NCBI GenBank assembly: GCA_016871255.1
Contig: VFZH01000004.1
Coordinates: forward strand, 567 to 64,566
Direction of reading: 5' to 3'
Length of the DNA stretch: 64,000 nt
DNA from: Acidimicrobiia bacterium
GTDB taxonomy: Bacteria; Acidobacteriota; Vicinamibacteria; Vicinamibacterales; UBA2999
The translations under genes were made by a program, and so were the position numbers. This document shows positions 54,513 through 63,435 of the stretch, piece by piece. The notes beneath the pieces are model-generated. The model had not been told where the DNA came from, searched no databases, and was given only the letters and a program-made list of their open reading frames with translations. Each line of letters begins with the position of its first letter. Positions within the stretch are counted from its first letter, which is position 1.

Positions 54513-56939
54513 TCACCGGACGGTCACCACCGCCGGCACGAAGGTCAGCGGCGCCACGGTACCATCCGGCAGCGTCGCCGAACCGGTCATGGTGAAGTTG
54601 CCGAACCCTGGGGCCGCCGCATCGAACAGAATCGCCGACAGCAGTCCGGAGCCGGAGGCCCCCGCGGCATCGCCCGTTCGCACGATCGCGATGTCGATCC
54701 GGCCGACGACCGGATCGACCTGCTGCGTGAACTGGACGTTGGTCCCGCCCTGACGCATGAAGCTTCCCTCCTGGATGCTTCGCACGCGCAGGACCGACGG
54801 GTCGAACGTGAGCGTGATCGACACCATCGACAGCCGAGACGCGTTCGACACGGAGATCGGCACGGTATACGGTCCACCGCCGACCTGCAGTTCGTTCGCC
54901 GGAGCCGTCAGCAGGATCTGCGCCGGCGGCACGGGCTGTCGCTGGGCCGAGGGAACCGGCGTGCCCCCTCCGGCCGGCTGCGTCGTACCCGGCACGGTGT
55001 TGCTGCCGGGAGGAATGACCGGTTGTGCCGCCGGAGCGCCGGTCTGGGGCGCGACGGCCGGCGGCGGAGGCAGTGCGTCGGTTGCCGGCGGCGTACCTGG
55101 AGGCTGCGGCGTTGCCGTCCCCTGCGGGTCGGGCAAACCGCCCGGCCCGATCGTCGGGGGCGGGCCACCCAGCGCCAGGTTCTGCTGCGAACCGATGTAG
55201 ATGGGCGCCACGTCGTCCTGCGTCAGCTCGTGCGTCCGCACGAGCCGTGGCGTCAGCAGCATCACGATGTCGGTCTGCTCGACCCTATCAGAGGTATTCC
55301 CGAACAAGTTACGAATAATCGGCAATCGCAAGAGCCCTGGGAAACCCTTGGCGGACGTGCGTTCTCTCTCTTGGAGCAACCCTGCTAGCAAGTTCGACTC
55401 GCCGTTGCGTAGTCGGAGCCTGGTGTTCACCTTCCGGGTGAAGAACGAGGGCAGGGTCTGGGGATTGTCGGTACTTCCGATGACAACACCAGGCCCTAGG
55501 GAGCTACTCTCCACCGATAGCTCAAGGATGATCTCGTCCTCGAAAGTGACGCGCGGGGTCATCTCCACCACCACGCCGACGGTCCGGTACGTGAACGATG
55601 TCAGCGGATTCACGTTCACGCCGCCCTGGGCGAACGGCGTGAACACGGTCGAGGGAACCGGGACCTCGTCGCCCAGGTTGAGCGTGATCAGCTGGCCCTC
55701 CTGACCGCGCAGCTGGGGCTTGGCTATCAGCTTCGTCTGGTCATCGTTCTCCAGAAAACTGACAATGGCTGACGGAATCGCCAAGTAGAAATCGCCTGTG
55801 TTGACACCGCGTGTAATCGTGTTCAGGTTGAACGTATCAGTCGCATCTTCCGCTGCCGGGTTGCGTTCCGGTGAGAACACACCTCGTACCGCGTAGCTAC
55901 TGAGGTCCAGGCCGAACTGCTTGGCACGGCTCCGGTTCACCTCGAGGATCTGCACGTCCACGACGACCTCGGCGCGCGGGTTGTCGTTCTGCTCGATCAG
56001 CTTCTCGACGATCTCGACCACGTTGGCCGAGGCGCCGACGGTGATCGTGTTGGCCGCCTTGTTCGGCACGATCCGCGGCGGCACGGCCATGCTCGGCAGC
56101 CGGATCACCTGCACCAGCAGCTGCGCCAGCTCGGTGGCGTCGGCGTGGGAGATGAAGAACGTCTGGATGACCTGCTCCTCGTACTGCGCCCGCTTCTGGT
56201 TGGTGTCCGGAACGACGAGAATCGTGCGGTCGTTGACGACCTTGTAGAAGTACTGGTTGACGGTCAGGATCTGGTTCAGCGCGTCGTTCAGCGTGACGTC
56301 GTCCAGCTCGACCGTGTAGCTGCGATCCTGGAAGTCGCGATCGTAGGTGACGTTGATGTTGGTGGCGTCACCGATGAAGTTGAGGATGTCGCGGACGCTG
56401 GTGTTGACGAAACGGATCGTCGGCAGCGTCGACTCGAGGTTCAACAGCGGCTGGGGCCCCTCCTGCCGCGCCCGCTCCCGGAGCTGGTCGATCGTCGGCT
56501 TCGGGAGCTCGGCTTCGAGCTGCTCCCGGATCCGGCGCTCCAGCTCGCGCACCTTGTCGGCGATCGATCGGCTGACCGGATCGAACTCGTTCGCCCGCCG
56601 GTACTCGCGCAGCGCCTCGTCGAGCTGGCCGCGCGCTTCGAACACGCGCGCCTGATCGAGGTGACGGCCCGCGGCGTTGATCATCGCGCGTTCGAGCGCG
56701 ATGCGGTACTCCGCCCGGTTCGGTTCCTTCTGGACGGCCTCCCGGAAGTGCAGGACGGCCGCATCCCAGTCGCCGTTCCGTCCGGCCTGGTCGCCGCGTC
56801 CGTACGCGCGGCTCGCGCCGCATCCCGCCGCGAGCACGGCGGCAATCAGGAGAGACGCCAGCGCGGTCGCACGTCGCCCCTGCTGGCCGGGCCTGTCGCG
56901 TCTGGACACTCGGCTCGTCATGCTGATGGGTGTGGTCAC
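54513..56939 (-). CDS. Secretin (GspD/PilQ family) with a lipobox plus TPR-like N-terminus and a C-terminal cohesin-like domain
   Basis: 808 aa. N-terminus has VLAAGCG followed by TPR-like helices. N0/N1-like repeats (VRDILNFIGDATNINV..., TELAQLLVQV...). Secretin core (TRLRLRNGESNLLAGLL...GFPGLLRLPIIRNLFG). A Pro-rich linker. The C-terminal ~130 aa (PYTVPISVSNASRLSMVSITLTFDPSVLRV...GLLSAILFDAAA) resemble cohesin modules. Confidence 0.9.
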   Translation of the reverse strand: MTTPISMTSRVSRRDRPGQQGRRATALASLLIAAVLAAGCGASRAYGRGDQAGRNGDWDAAVLHFREAVQKEPNRAEYRIALERAMINAAGRHLDQARVFEARGQLDEALREYRRANEFDPVSRSIADKVRELERRIREQLEAELPKPTIDQLRERARQEGPQPLLNLESTLPTIRFVNTSVRDILNFIGDATNINVTYDRDFQDRSYTVELDDVTLNDALNQILTVNQYFYKVVNDRTILVVPDTNQKRAQYEEQVIQTFFISHADATELAQLLVQVIRLPSMAVPPRIVPNKAANTITVGASANVVEIVEKLIEQNDNPRAEVVVDVQILEVNRSRAKQFGLDLSSYAVRGVFSPERNPAAEDATDTFNLNTITRGVNTGDFYLAIPSAIVSFLENDDQTKLIAKPQLRGQEGQLITLNLGDEVPVPSTVFTPFAQGGVNVNPLTSFTYRTVGVVVEMTPRVTFEDEIILELSVESSSLGPGVVIGSTDNPQTLPSFFTRKVNTRLRLRNGESNLLAGLLQERERTSAKGFPGLLRLPIIRNLFGNTSDRVEQTDIVMLLTPRLVRTHELTQDDVAPIYIGSQQNLALGGPPPTIGPGGLPDPQGTATPQPPGTPPATDALPPPPAVAPQTGAPAAQPVIPPGSNTVPGTTQPAGGGTPVPSAQRQPVPPAQILLTAPANELQVGGGPYTVPISVSNASRLSMVSITLTFDPSVLRVRSIQEGSFMRQGGTNVQFTQQVDPVVGRIDIAIVRTGDAAGASGSGLLSAILFDAAAPGFGNFTMTGSATLPDGTVAPLTFVPAVVTVR

Positions 56940-57487
56940 TGGCCCGTCAGGCGCAGCACCTGGCGTCCATGCCCGTCGGCATGGGTGAGCTCGGCCGTGT
57001 CAGCGCCAACGCGTACCAGGCGATACCGTCCGTCGATGATATCGCCTTCCTTCCCATGGAACACGTTCCCGGACCCGTCCGCCAGCACCGCCAGCCGTCC
57101 ACCGGTTCCCGCGCCCTCGACCAGCCCGATGAACTTCAGCGGGATCGGGGGCACGGACGGAGGCGGAGGTAGCCCGCTGCTCACGGGGGGCGGGGGCCGG
57201 GGTGCCGGTGGAGGCTCCAGGTCCGGCACGTCCTTTCGGGGCGTCGCCCGCGCTTCGAAACGGAACGGATTCCGCGCGGCGGGCTCGAGCGCCTCGCGCG
57301 CCTCGCCGAGACGCCCGAGACGCAACCCGTCCTGCAGCGCGGATGGCACGGTGTTCACCGGAGCCCCGGTCGATGCAACCGCCGCCGTGGGCGCCACCGC
57401 CGTCGCGGCATCATCACCGCGGAAATACCGGACACCCGCCACACCCAGCAGGACGACCAGCACGCCAAGCAGCACGCGCTGCCTCAT
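56936..57487 (-). CDS. PilP/GspC-like small inner-membrane-anchored protein
   Basis: 183 aa with an N-terminal TM, a Pro-rich spacer and a C-terminal beta domain (LKFIGLVEGAGTGGRLAVLADGSGNVFHGKEGDIIDGRYRLVRVG). It sits between pilO-like and the secretin, and both ends overlap their neighbours by 4 nt. Confidence 0.6.
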   Translation of the reverse strand: MRQRVLLGVLVVLLGVAGVRYFRGDDAATAVAPTAAVASTGAPVNTVPSALQDGLRLGRLGEAREALEPAARNPFRFEARATPRKDVPDLEPPPAPRPPPPVSSGLPPPPSVPPIPLKFIGLVEGAGTGGRLAVLADGSGNVFHGKEGDIIDGRYRLVRVGADTAELTHADGHGRQVLRLTGQ

Positions 57488-58062
57488 GACGCCGGGGTGT
57501 GGAAGTAGGTGGACAGCTGCAGGCTGAGCACCAGCTCTCCCGTCGCCTCCGACCCCTGCGTCAGTCTGACGTCGTCCACGACGACGAACTCCGGTGCCGT
57601 TTCGAGGCTGTAGATGAAGGCCCGCATCGCTCCGTAGGTGCCGCGGAGCACCAGTTCGCTGCGCACCCGCGTCAACGCGCTGCCGCGCACGCTCTGCGGG
57701 TCGAACGTGTACCGCTCGTAGTCCAGCCCCGCCTCGTCGGCCAGTTGCGCCAGGCGCGGGTGCGTCAGGCGCCGGGCTGCGGGCAGATCGACGGGCAGCA
57801 CCTTGCCGTAGAACGTCTCGAGCTCCGATGCCGCGCGCTCCTTGCCGTTGAGCGTCCCCTGCGCGGCCTCGAAATCGCGTCTGGCCACCGCGAGGGTCTG
57901 CTCCGCGGCCCGGTCGCGCTGCTCGATGTTCGCCACCCGCTGCTGCAGGGGATAGACGCCGAACGCGAACACGCCGGCGTTGAGCGCGACGACGACCGCC
58001 AGTGGCACGAGGACGCGGCGCCACTCCGACAGGATGCGCGCCGCCAGGCCGGCCCGGCTCAT
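57484..58062 (-). CDS. PilO/GspM-like bitopic protein
   Basis: 192 aa with a single TM (VLVPLAVVVALNAGVFAFGV), a coiled coil and a ferredoxin-like C-domain. I chose the ATG at 58062, which overlaps the upstream stop. Confidence 0.7.
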   Translation of the reverse strand: MSRAGLAARILSEWRRVLVPLAVVVALNAGVFAFGVYPLQQRVANIEQRDRAAEQTLAVARRDFEAAQGTLNGKERAASELETFYGKVLPVDLPAARRLTHPRLAQLADEAGLDYERYTFDPQSVRGSALTRVRSELVLRGTYGAMRAFIYSLETAPEFVVVDDVRLTQGSEATGELVLSLQLSTYFHTPAS

Positions 58063-58622
58063 GGCTGACGCTCCGGCACGGCGTAGACCCCCTCGACGAT
58101 CGCCTCGATCAGCCCGTCGGCCTGCACGCTCTCCTCGACCGGCTTCACGTCCCGGAAGGTCCCCGTCTGTTCGAGCGCCTCGATGAACTCGTCCACGTCG
58201 TCCACGCCGCGCGCCTGCGCCACGACCGCCACGGCGAACGTCCCCTGATTGAGGCGCGGCTGCACCGCCTTGATGCGCACGTCTGGCGGCAGCGTCGCCT
58301 CGAACTGCGCGAAGAGATCCGTCCACGAAAAGGCGCGCTGGTCGATGATGGCGTTCGCCTCACGCGCCGCCGCGGCGACCGACTCCAGCTCCCGCGGGTC
58401 GATCCGCGTGCGTACGGCGGCCGCCTCGACCCTCAGGCGGCTGGCTTCCGCCTCGGCTTCCTCGGCGTGCGTGCCGAGCCGCGACTGCGCCGCCGACAGG
58501 CGGACGAGTTCCTCGACGTTGAAGAGCGTGAACGCGACGGCCAGCACGGCGGCCACACCGATGCCCAGCCGCACGGCGCTCTCGTTGTAGAACGGCCGGG
58601 TCGCCAGGTTCGTGTGCAGCAT
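58059..58622 (-). CDS. PilN-like protein
   Basis: 187 aa. The N-terminus NLATRPFYNE is the conserved PilN/fimbrial-assembly motif that binds PilM. It has a single TM. Confidence 0.75.
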   Translation of the reverse strand: MLHTNLATRPFYNESAVRLGIGVAAVLAVAFTLFNVEELVRLSAAQSRLGTHAEEAEAEASRLRVEAAAVRTRIDPRELESVAAAAREANAIIDQRAFSWTDLFAQFEATLPPDVRIKAVQPRLNQGTFAVAVVAQARGVDDVDEFIEALEQTGTFRDVKPVEESVQADGLIEAIVEGVYAVPERQP

Positions 58623-59575
58623 CAGGCCGCCTGCTCCGCGCGCAGTCCGCGCAGCGAGACGCCGACGAGGGGCGCGAGGACATCCATCAGGGCCGGCGTC
58701 ACCGAGATGCGGTCGGCAACGGCGGCGAATCGCGTCGGGTCGATCGGCTCGACCGCAAGGCCCAGCCGATCCTCGACGCTCCGCCGCGCGTCGTCGAGCG
58801 TCCCGCCGCCGCGGCCCGACCCGCCCACCAGGACGCGGACGAAGCCGCTGCCGGCCAGCCGATCCTGGTAGTACATCGCCGTCCGGTGGACGAGGTCCGC
58901 GAGCCCGCTGTCGTCGTCTCCCCCCTGCGTCCGGAGGTAGATCACATCGGTCCCCCGGAGGATGACGATCGTGGTCGCGTCGCCGCGCACGTGCACCAGC
59001 AGCCAGTCGCCATCGGGCACCGGGGCCGACAGGAACAGCTCCAGCAGGCAGACCGTGGACACGTCCACGAGGCCGGGGTACGCGGACGCCCGCTCGCAGA
59101 CCGCTTCGTACGCGCGCACCGTCTCCCGGCGGGCCACGCTGACGAGGTATTCACGTCCGCCGTCCACGCGACGGCCGGCCGCATAGCTGACCAGGGCGTC
59201 ATCGACGGGGAACGGCACCGACTTGCGCGCCTGCCACCGGATCAGCCGGTCGAGATCGTCGCGTCGTCCCGGCTCGTGTTCGAAAGGCACGATCGAGACG
59301 CGCGCGGCGGCATCGGGAATCACCAGCGCCACGCGCTTCGGCCGGGCCGGCAGCCGGCCGAAGACCTCGTCGATCGCGTTCGCCACGGCGTCCGGATCGG
59401 CGATGTTCTCCCCCGCCAGCACCGGTGTGACCACGCCGGGTGGCAGGGGCACGGTCGCATGGGCCGCGACCACCGGGGCGGCATGGCGCTCGCCGATGAC
59501 GGCGGCCGAGACCCGATCCGCCGCGATCTCGACGGCGGCGTCCGGCGGGCGGCTCCGCAGCCACGAGGGGATCAC
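58622..59575 (-). CDS. PilM-like actin-fold assembly protein
   Basis: 317 aa with PilM-like sequence (RVALVIPDAAARVSIVPFEH...LIRWQARKSVPFPVDDALVSY). It is first in a pilMNOP-like gene order. Confidence 0.8.
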   Translation of the reverse strand: MIPSWLRSRPPDAAVEIAADRVSAAVIGERHAAPVVAAHATVPLPPGVVTPVLAGENIADPDAVANAIDEVFGRLPARPKRVALVIPDAAARVSIVPFEHEPGRRDDLDRLIRWQARKSVPFPVDDALVSYAAGRRVDGGREYLVSVARRETVRAYEAVCERASAYPGLVDVSTVCLLELFLSAPVPDGDWLLVHVRGDATTIVILRGTDVIYLRTQGGDDDSGLADLVHRTAMYYQDRLAGSGFVRVLVGGSGRGGGTLDDARRSVEDRLGLAVEPIDPTRFAAVADRISVTPALMDVLAPLVGVSLRGLRAEQAA

Positions 59576-59588
59576 CGTCGCCTCCCCG

Positions 59589-61220
59589 TCATTCGACGAA
59601 CGTCACCTTGTTGATCTCGCGGAGCGTGGTCATGCCCCGGAGGACCTTCTCGACCGCGCTCTCGCGGAGGAACCGCATCCCTTCCTCGTGCGCCGCCTTC
59701 TTCACTTCGGAGTTCGGCCGGCGCTGCAGGATCATCTCACGGATGCGATCCGAGAGGTCGAGCAGTTCGCAGATCGCCGTGCGCCCCTTGAACCCCGTTC
59801 CGCCGCAGTCGATGCACCCGGCGCCCTCGTAGAACGCGTGCCGCTCGAGCAGGGCGGGATCCATCCCCGATTCCTGGAGCTGTTCCCGCGTGATGGCGGC
59901 CGGGCGCTTGCACTGGTCGCAGATGAGCCGGACGAGCCGCTGCGCCAGCACGCAGTTGAGCGCCGACACGAACTGGTACGGCTCCACGCCCATGTTCAGG
60001 AAGCGGCCCAGCACGTCCACGACGTTGTTCGCGTGCACGGTCGTGAAGACCAGGTGCCCCGTCAACGCCGACTGGATGGCGATCTGCGCCGTTTCCGGGT
60101 CCCGGATCTCGCCCACCATGATCTTGTCCGGGTCGTGCCGCAGGATGGACCTGAGGCCGCGCGCGAACGTCAGGCCCTTCTTCTCGTTGATCGGGATCTG
60201 GGTGACCCCCCCGAGCTGGTACTCGACCGGATCCTCGATCGTGATGACCTTGTCCTCGATCGACTTGATCTCCGAGAGCGCCGCGTACAGCGTCGTGGTC
60301 TTGCCGCTGCCCGTCGGGCCGGTGACCAGCACCATGCCGTACGGCTCCCGGATGTACTTCCGGAACCGGCGCAGCTCGTCCTCGGGAAACCCCAGGATGT
60401 CCAGCCTCAGTTCAGTGAACTGCTCGCTGATCGACTCCTTGTCGAGGATCCGGATCACGGCGTCTTCGCCGTGCACGCTGGGCATGATCGACACCCGGAA
60501 GTCGATGGTCTTCCCGGGCATGCGCACCTTGAAGCGGCCGTCCTGCGGCACGCGCTTCTCGGCGATGTCCAGCTCCGCCATCACCTTGATGCGCGAGATG
60601 ATCGGGCTGTGGAACTGCTTGGCCATCGGCCGCATCGCGGGCTGCAGCACGCCGTCGATCCGGTACTTCACGTGGACGGCGTCGTCGCCCGTCTCCACGT
60701 GGATGTCGCTCGCCCGCCGCTGGATGCCGGCGAAGATCAGCGAGTCCACCAGACGGATCACCGGGCTGGTGTCGCTCGTGAGCCGCTCGACCGTCAGACT
60801 CTCGTCGCCACCCTCGTCGTCCTTCAGGACCTGGAGCTGGAAGCCCTCCGTGGCGTCCTCGAGCACGCGCTGGGAGCTCTCGCTCTTCTTCAGGATCGAC
60901 TGGATCGCCGAGGGCGCGCCCACCGTGACCCGGAGCGGCGTGGCGAGCACCGTCCCGAGCTCGTCGATGAGCGGCAGATCGGTCGGGTCCGACACGACGA
61001 TCACCAGCGTCCGCCCCTCGCGGCGGTGCGGCACGAACCCGTAGCGGAGCATCAGATCGGCGGGAATGCTCCGGAACAGCTCCTGGTCGATCCGGAACGC
61101 CTGCATGTCCACGAAGTCGAGGCGGTACCGTTCGGCCAGGGCACGCGCCCGTGCCACCTCGGCCGCATGGTCCTCCACGACCGGTGGCAGATTCACGGCG
61201 TCTTCGACGGGACCGGCCAT
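59589..61220 (-). CDS. GspE/PilB family type II/IV secretion ATPase
   Basis: 543 aa with a T2SSE_N-type N-domain, Walker A GPTGSGKTTT, Asp and His boxes, Walker B, and the tetracysteine CDQC...CIDC. Confidence 0.95.
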   Translation of the reverse strand: MAGPVEDAVNLPPVVEDHAAEVARARALAERYRLDFVDMQAFRIDQELFRSIPADLMLRYGFVPHRREGRTLVIVVSDPTDLPLIDELGTVLATPLRVTVGAPSAIQSILKKSESSQRVLEDATEGFQLQVLKDDEGGDESLTVERLTSDTSPVIRLVDSLIFAGIQRRASDIHVETGDDAVHVKYRIDGVLQPAMRPMAKQFHSPIISRIKVMAELDIAEKRVPQDGRFKVRMPGKTIDFRVSIMPSVHGEDAVIRILDKESISEQFTELRLDILGFPEDELRRFRKYIREPYGMVLVTGPTGSGKTTTLYAALSEIKSIEDKVITIEDPVEYQLGGVTQIPINEKKGLTFARGLRSILRHDPDKIMVGEIRDPETAQIAIQSALTGHLVFTTVHANNVVDVLGRFLNMGVEPYQFVSALNCVLAQRLVRLICDQCKRPAAITREQLQESGMDPALLERHAFYEGAGCIDCGGTGFKGRTAICELLDLSDRIREMILQRRPNSEVKKAAHEEGMRFLRESAVEKVLRGMTTLREINKVTFVE

Positions 61221-61232
61221 GGCTCTCCCCTG

Positions 61233-62444
61233 TTATCGGACGACGGTGCTCAACTCGAACAGGGGGAGGTACAGGGCCAGCACGACCGCGGCGATGACCA
61301 CCCCCATCAGGACCAGCAGGATCGGCTCGATGAGGGTGATGTAGCGGGCCACCTCCGCCTCCACCTCCTCGTCGTAGAAATCGGCCAGGCTGTTGAGCAT
61401 CTCCTGCAGCGCCCCGGTGGACTCCCCCACGTCAACCATCTTGACGGCCACGTCCGGGAACGAGCCCCGGGCCCGGAGGGCGGCGCCGAACGCCTCCCCT
61501 TCCCGCACCCGGCGCCCCACCGTTTCGACTTCTCCGGCGAGAAAACGGTTGGTCATGGACCGGGCGGCGGTTTCCAGCGCGTTCACGAGCGGGATCCCGC
61601 CCCCGAGCAGCGTCGCCAGCGTCCGCGCGAGCTGCGACGTCGCGAGCTTCCGGAACGTGGACCCCACCCAGGGCAGCGACAGCACACCCCGGTCGAATCG
61701 CTCCCGCTGTCCGGCCTGGCGCAGCCACCAGGCCACACCCATGGCCCCAGCCGCCAGCGCCGCCGCCACCAGCAGGATGTTGCCGCGCACGAAGTCGGAC
61801 AGGGCCACGATGACGCGCGTGGACGCCGGCAGTTCCTGCCCGAACCCGGCGTAGAACTCCGAGAAGGCGGGCACGACGCGCAGCACGATGATGCCGACCA
61901 GGGCCACCATCATGGCCACCAGGATGGCCGGGTAGATCAGCGCGGAGATCGTGCGGCGGCGGACGGCGCTGATGACCTTTTCGTACGCCACGTACCGCCG
62001 CACCACCGAATCGAGTTCGCCCGCGCGCTCGCCGGCGGTCAGCGTCGCCGCGTAGATCAGCGGGAAGAGGTCGCCGTGCGCCGCGAACGACTCGGACAGC
62101 GCGGCGCCGGCCTTGACGCGGTCGTGCACGTCGTCCAGCACCGACTTGAACGTCGCGGACTCGATGCGCTCCCGCAGGATGTCCAGCGACTGGACTAGCG
62201 GCATGCCGGCCTTCAGCAGGGTCGCCAGCTCCTGGTTGAAGGCCAGGAACTCGCGCTGCGGGATCCTCCGCCGCCGGGCCGGCAGGGACAGGCTGGGCAG
62301 CCCCAGTCCTCCCTTCCGCTGGAGCGAGAGGATCAGCAGCCCTTTCTCTTCCAGGTCCCGCCGCAGGCGCGCCTCACTCTCGGCGACGTAGGTGCCCTCG
62401 ACGATCTCGCCGCCGGGGGTGCCCAGCCTGCAGCGGAACTCCAC
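61233..62444 (-). CDS. GspF/PilC family platform protein
   Basis: 403 aa with two T2SSF repeats (FNQELATLLKAGMPLVQSL and LARTLATLLGGGIPLVNAL) and three TM segments. Confidence 0.93.
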   Translation of the reverse strand: MEFRCRLGTPGGEIVEGTYVAESEARLRRDLEEKGLLILSLQRKGGLGLPSLSLPARRRRIPQREFLAFNQELATLLKAGMPLVQSLDILRERIESATFKSVLDDVHDRVKAGAALSESFAAHGDLFPLIYAATLTAGERAGELDSVVRRYVAYEKVISAVRRRTISALIYPAILVAMMVALVGIIVLRVVPAFSEFYAGFGQELPASTRVIVALSDFVRGNILLVAAALAAGAMGVAWWLRQAGQRERFDRGVLSLPWVGSTFRKLATSQLARTLATLLGGGIPLVNALETAARSMTNRFLAGEVETVGRRVREGEAFGAALRARGSFPDVAVKMVDVGESTGALQEMLNSLADFYDEEVEAEVARYITLIEPILLVLMGVVIAAVVLALYLPLFELSTVVR

Positions 62445-62446
62445 GC

Positions 62447-63334
62447 TCAGCGCACCTCGAGAAACGCGTGAAAGACGCGCACGCCCAGCTCCCGCGTGTC
62501 GCCACCCGCCATCGACGGCACCCTGGCCGGCACGAACGTGCGGTCCACGGTCATCTGCAGCTCCACGACGTCCCCGTCGCCCAGGAGGCCGGCCGACAGC
62601 GGAATCCGCCGGAGATCGGCCTGCCCCGGGGCGAGGGTGAAGGCGTCGACCTCCTGGTCACCGAGCGTCAGCCGCACCTGCTGCGGCTCCGGGATCGCAT
62701 CCGAGCGGTCGAGCTGCAGGAACAGTCGCGCGTCGCGCCGCGGATTGCGGAACGCGAGCGTGGCCGCGCCCGTGGACCACTGCCACTGCCGCATGCTGCC
62801 CTCGGCCTGCTCCACGTTGTGCCACCCGTCCTTGAAGACGACGAACACCGCGTCCGCCTGCAGGCGCATGTCGAACGTGGCCACGCGGTAGCCGCGCTGC
62901 CCGATCGCCTCCCCTTCGAGCCGCATCCGCTGGCCGGTCGACTTCGACATCAGGCCGATCTCGACGTCGGTCTCCCCCACGTACGGGATCTTCGGCACGA
63001 AGACCGTACGGGTGTACTCGATCGTCTGGCCGGGCGCCCAGAGCGACATCGGCGTCGGCGGCTGGTGGTCGTCGGTCCACATCATCTCGCCGGCGGTGTC
63101 CAGAAAGTGCACGAACACCCACCCGTCCTCAGGAAACGGCGGGGCGTCGGCGGCCACCTCGAAGCGGAACTGCATCTCGAGGGGACCGCCGATGACCGCC
63201 TCGCGGCTGCCGAGCGTGAGGGTGGGCGTGGCCGCTATCACGCCCGTGTCCGCGGCCGGCCCGCAGGCCGCGCCCAGGACGGAGAGCAGCAGGGCGCACA
63301 GAAGACCCGGTGAACGATTCGTCGATGCTGGCAT
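62447..63334 (-). CDS. Hypothetical exported protein (probable lipoprotein); first gene of the type-IV-filament operon
   Basis: Signal peptide with LSVLGAAC. No family I can name. The stop lies 2 nt from the gspF-like start. I chose the ATG at 63334 (GGGGA Shine-Dalgarno) over the TTG at 63346. Confidence 0.6.
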   Translation of the reverse strand: MPASTNRSPGLLCALLLSVLGAACGPAADTGVIAATPTLTLGSREAVIGGPLEMQFRFEVAADAPPFPEDGWVFVHFLDTAGEMMWTDDHQPPTPMSLWAPGQTIEYTRTVFVPKIPYVGETDVEIGLMSKSTGQRMRLEGEAIGQRGYRVATFDMRLQADAVFVVFKDGWHNVEQAEGSMRQWQWSTGAATLAFRNPRRDARLFLQLDRSDAIPEPQQVRLTLGDQEVDAFTLAPGQADLRRIPLSAGLLGDGDVVELQMTVDRTFVPARVPSMAGGDTRELGVRVFHAFLEVR

Positions 63335-63435
63335 GTCAGTCCCCAATTCTGCTACAGTCGCTGCCGAAGCGCGACGTGGTCACCGGCGCGTGTGGGACGC
63401 GCCTGCCGGACCCGGTTTCGGCGCACCCGACCAGC

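Noticed and set aside
63347-63435. Sigma-54 promoter upstream of the type-IV-filament operon (minus strand CGGCAGCGACTGTAGCA).
   Set aside because: The GG-to-GC spacing is one nucleotide longer than the strict -24/-12 spacing of TGGCAC-N5-TTGCW, and only GGCA/GCA match.
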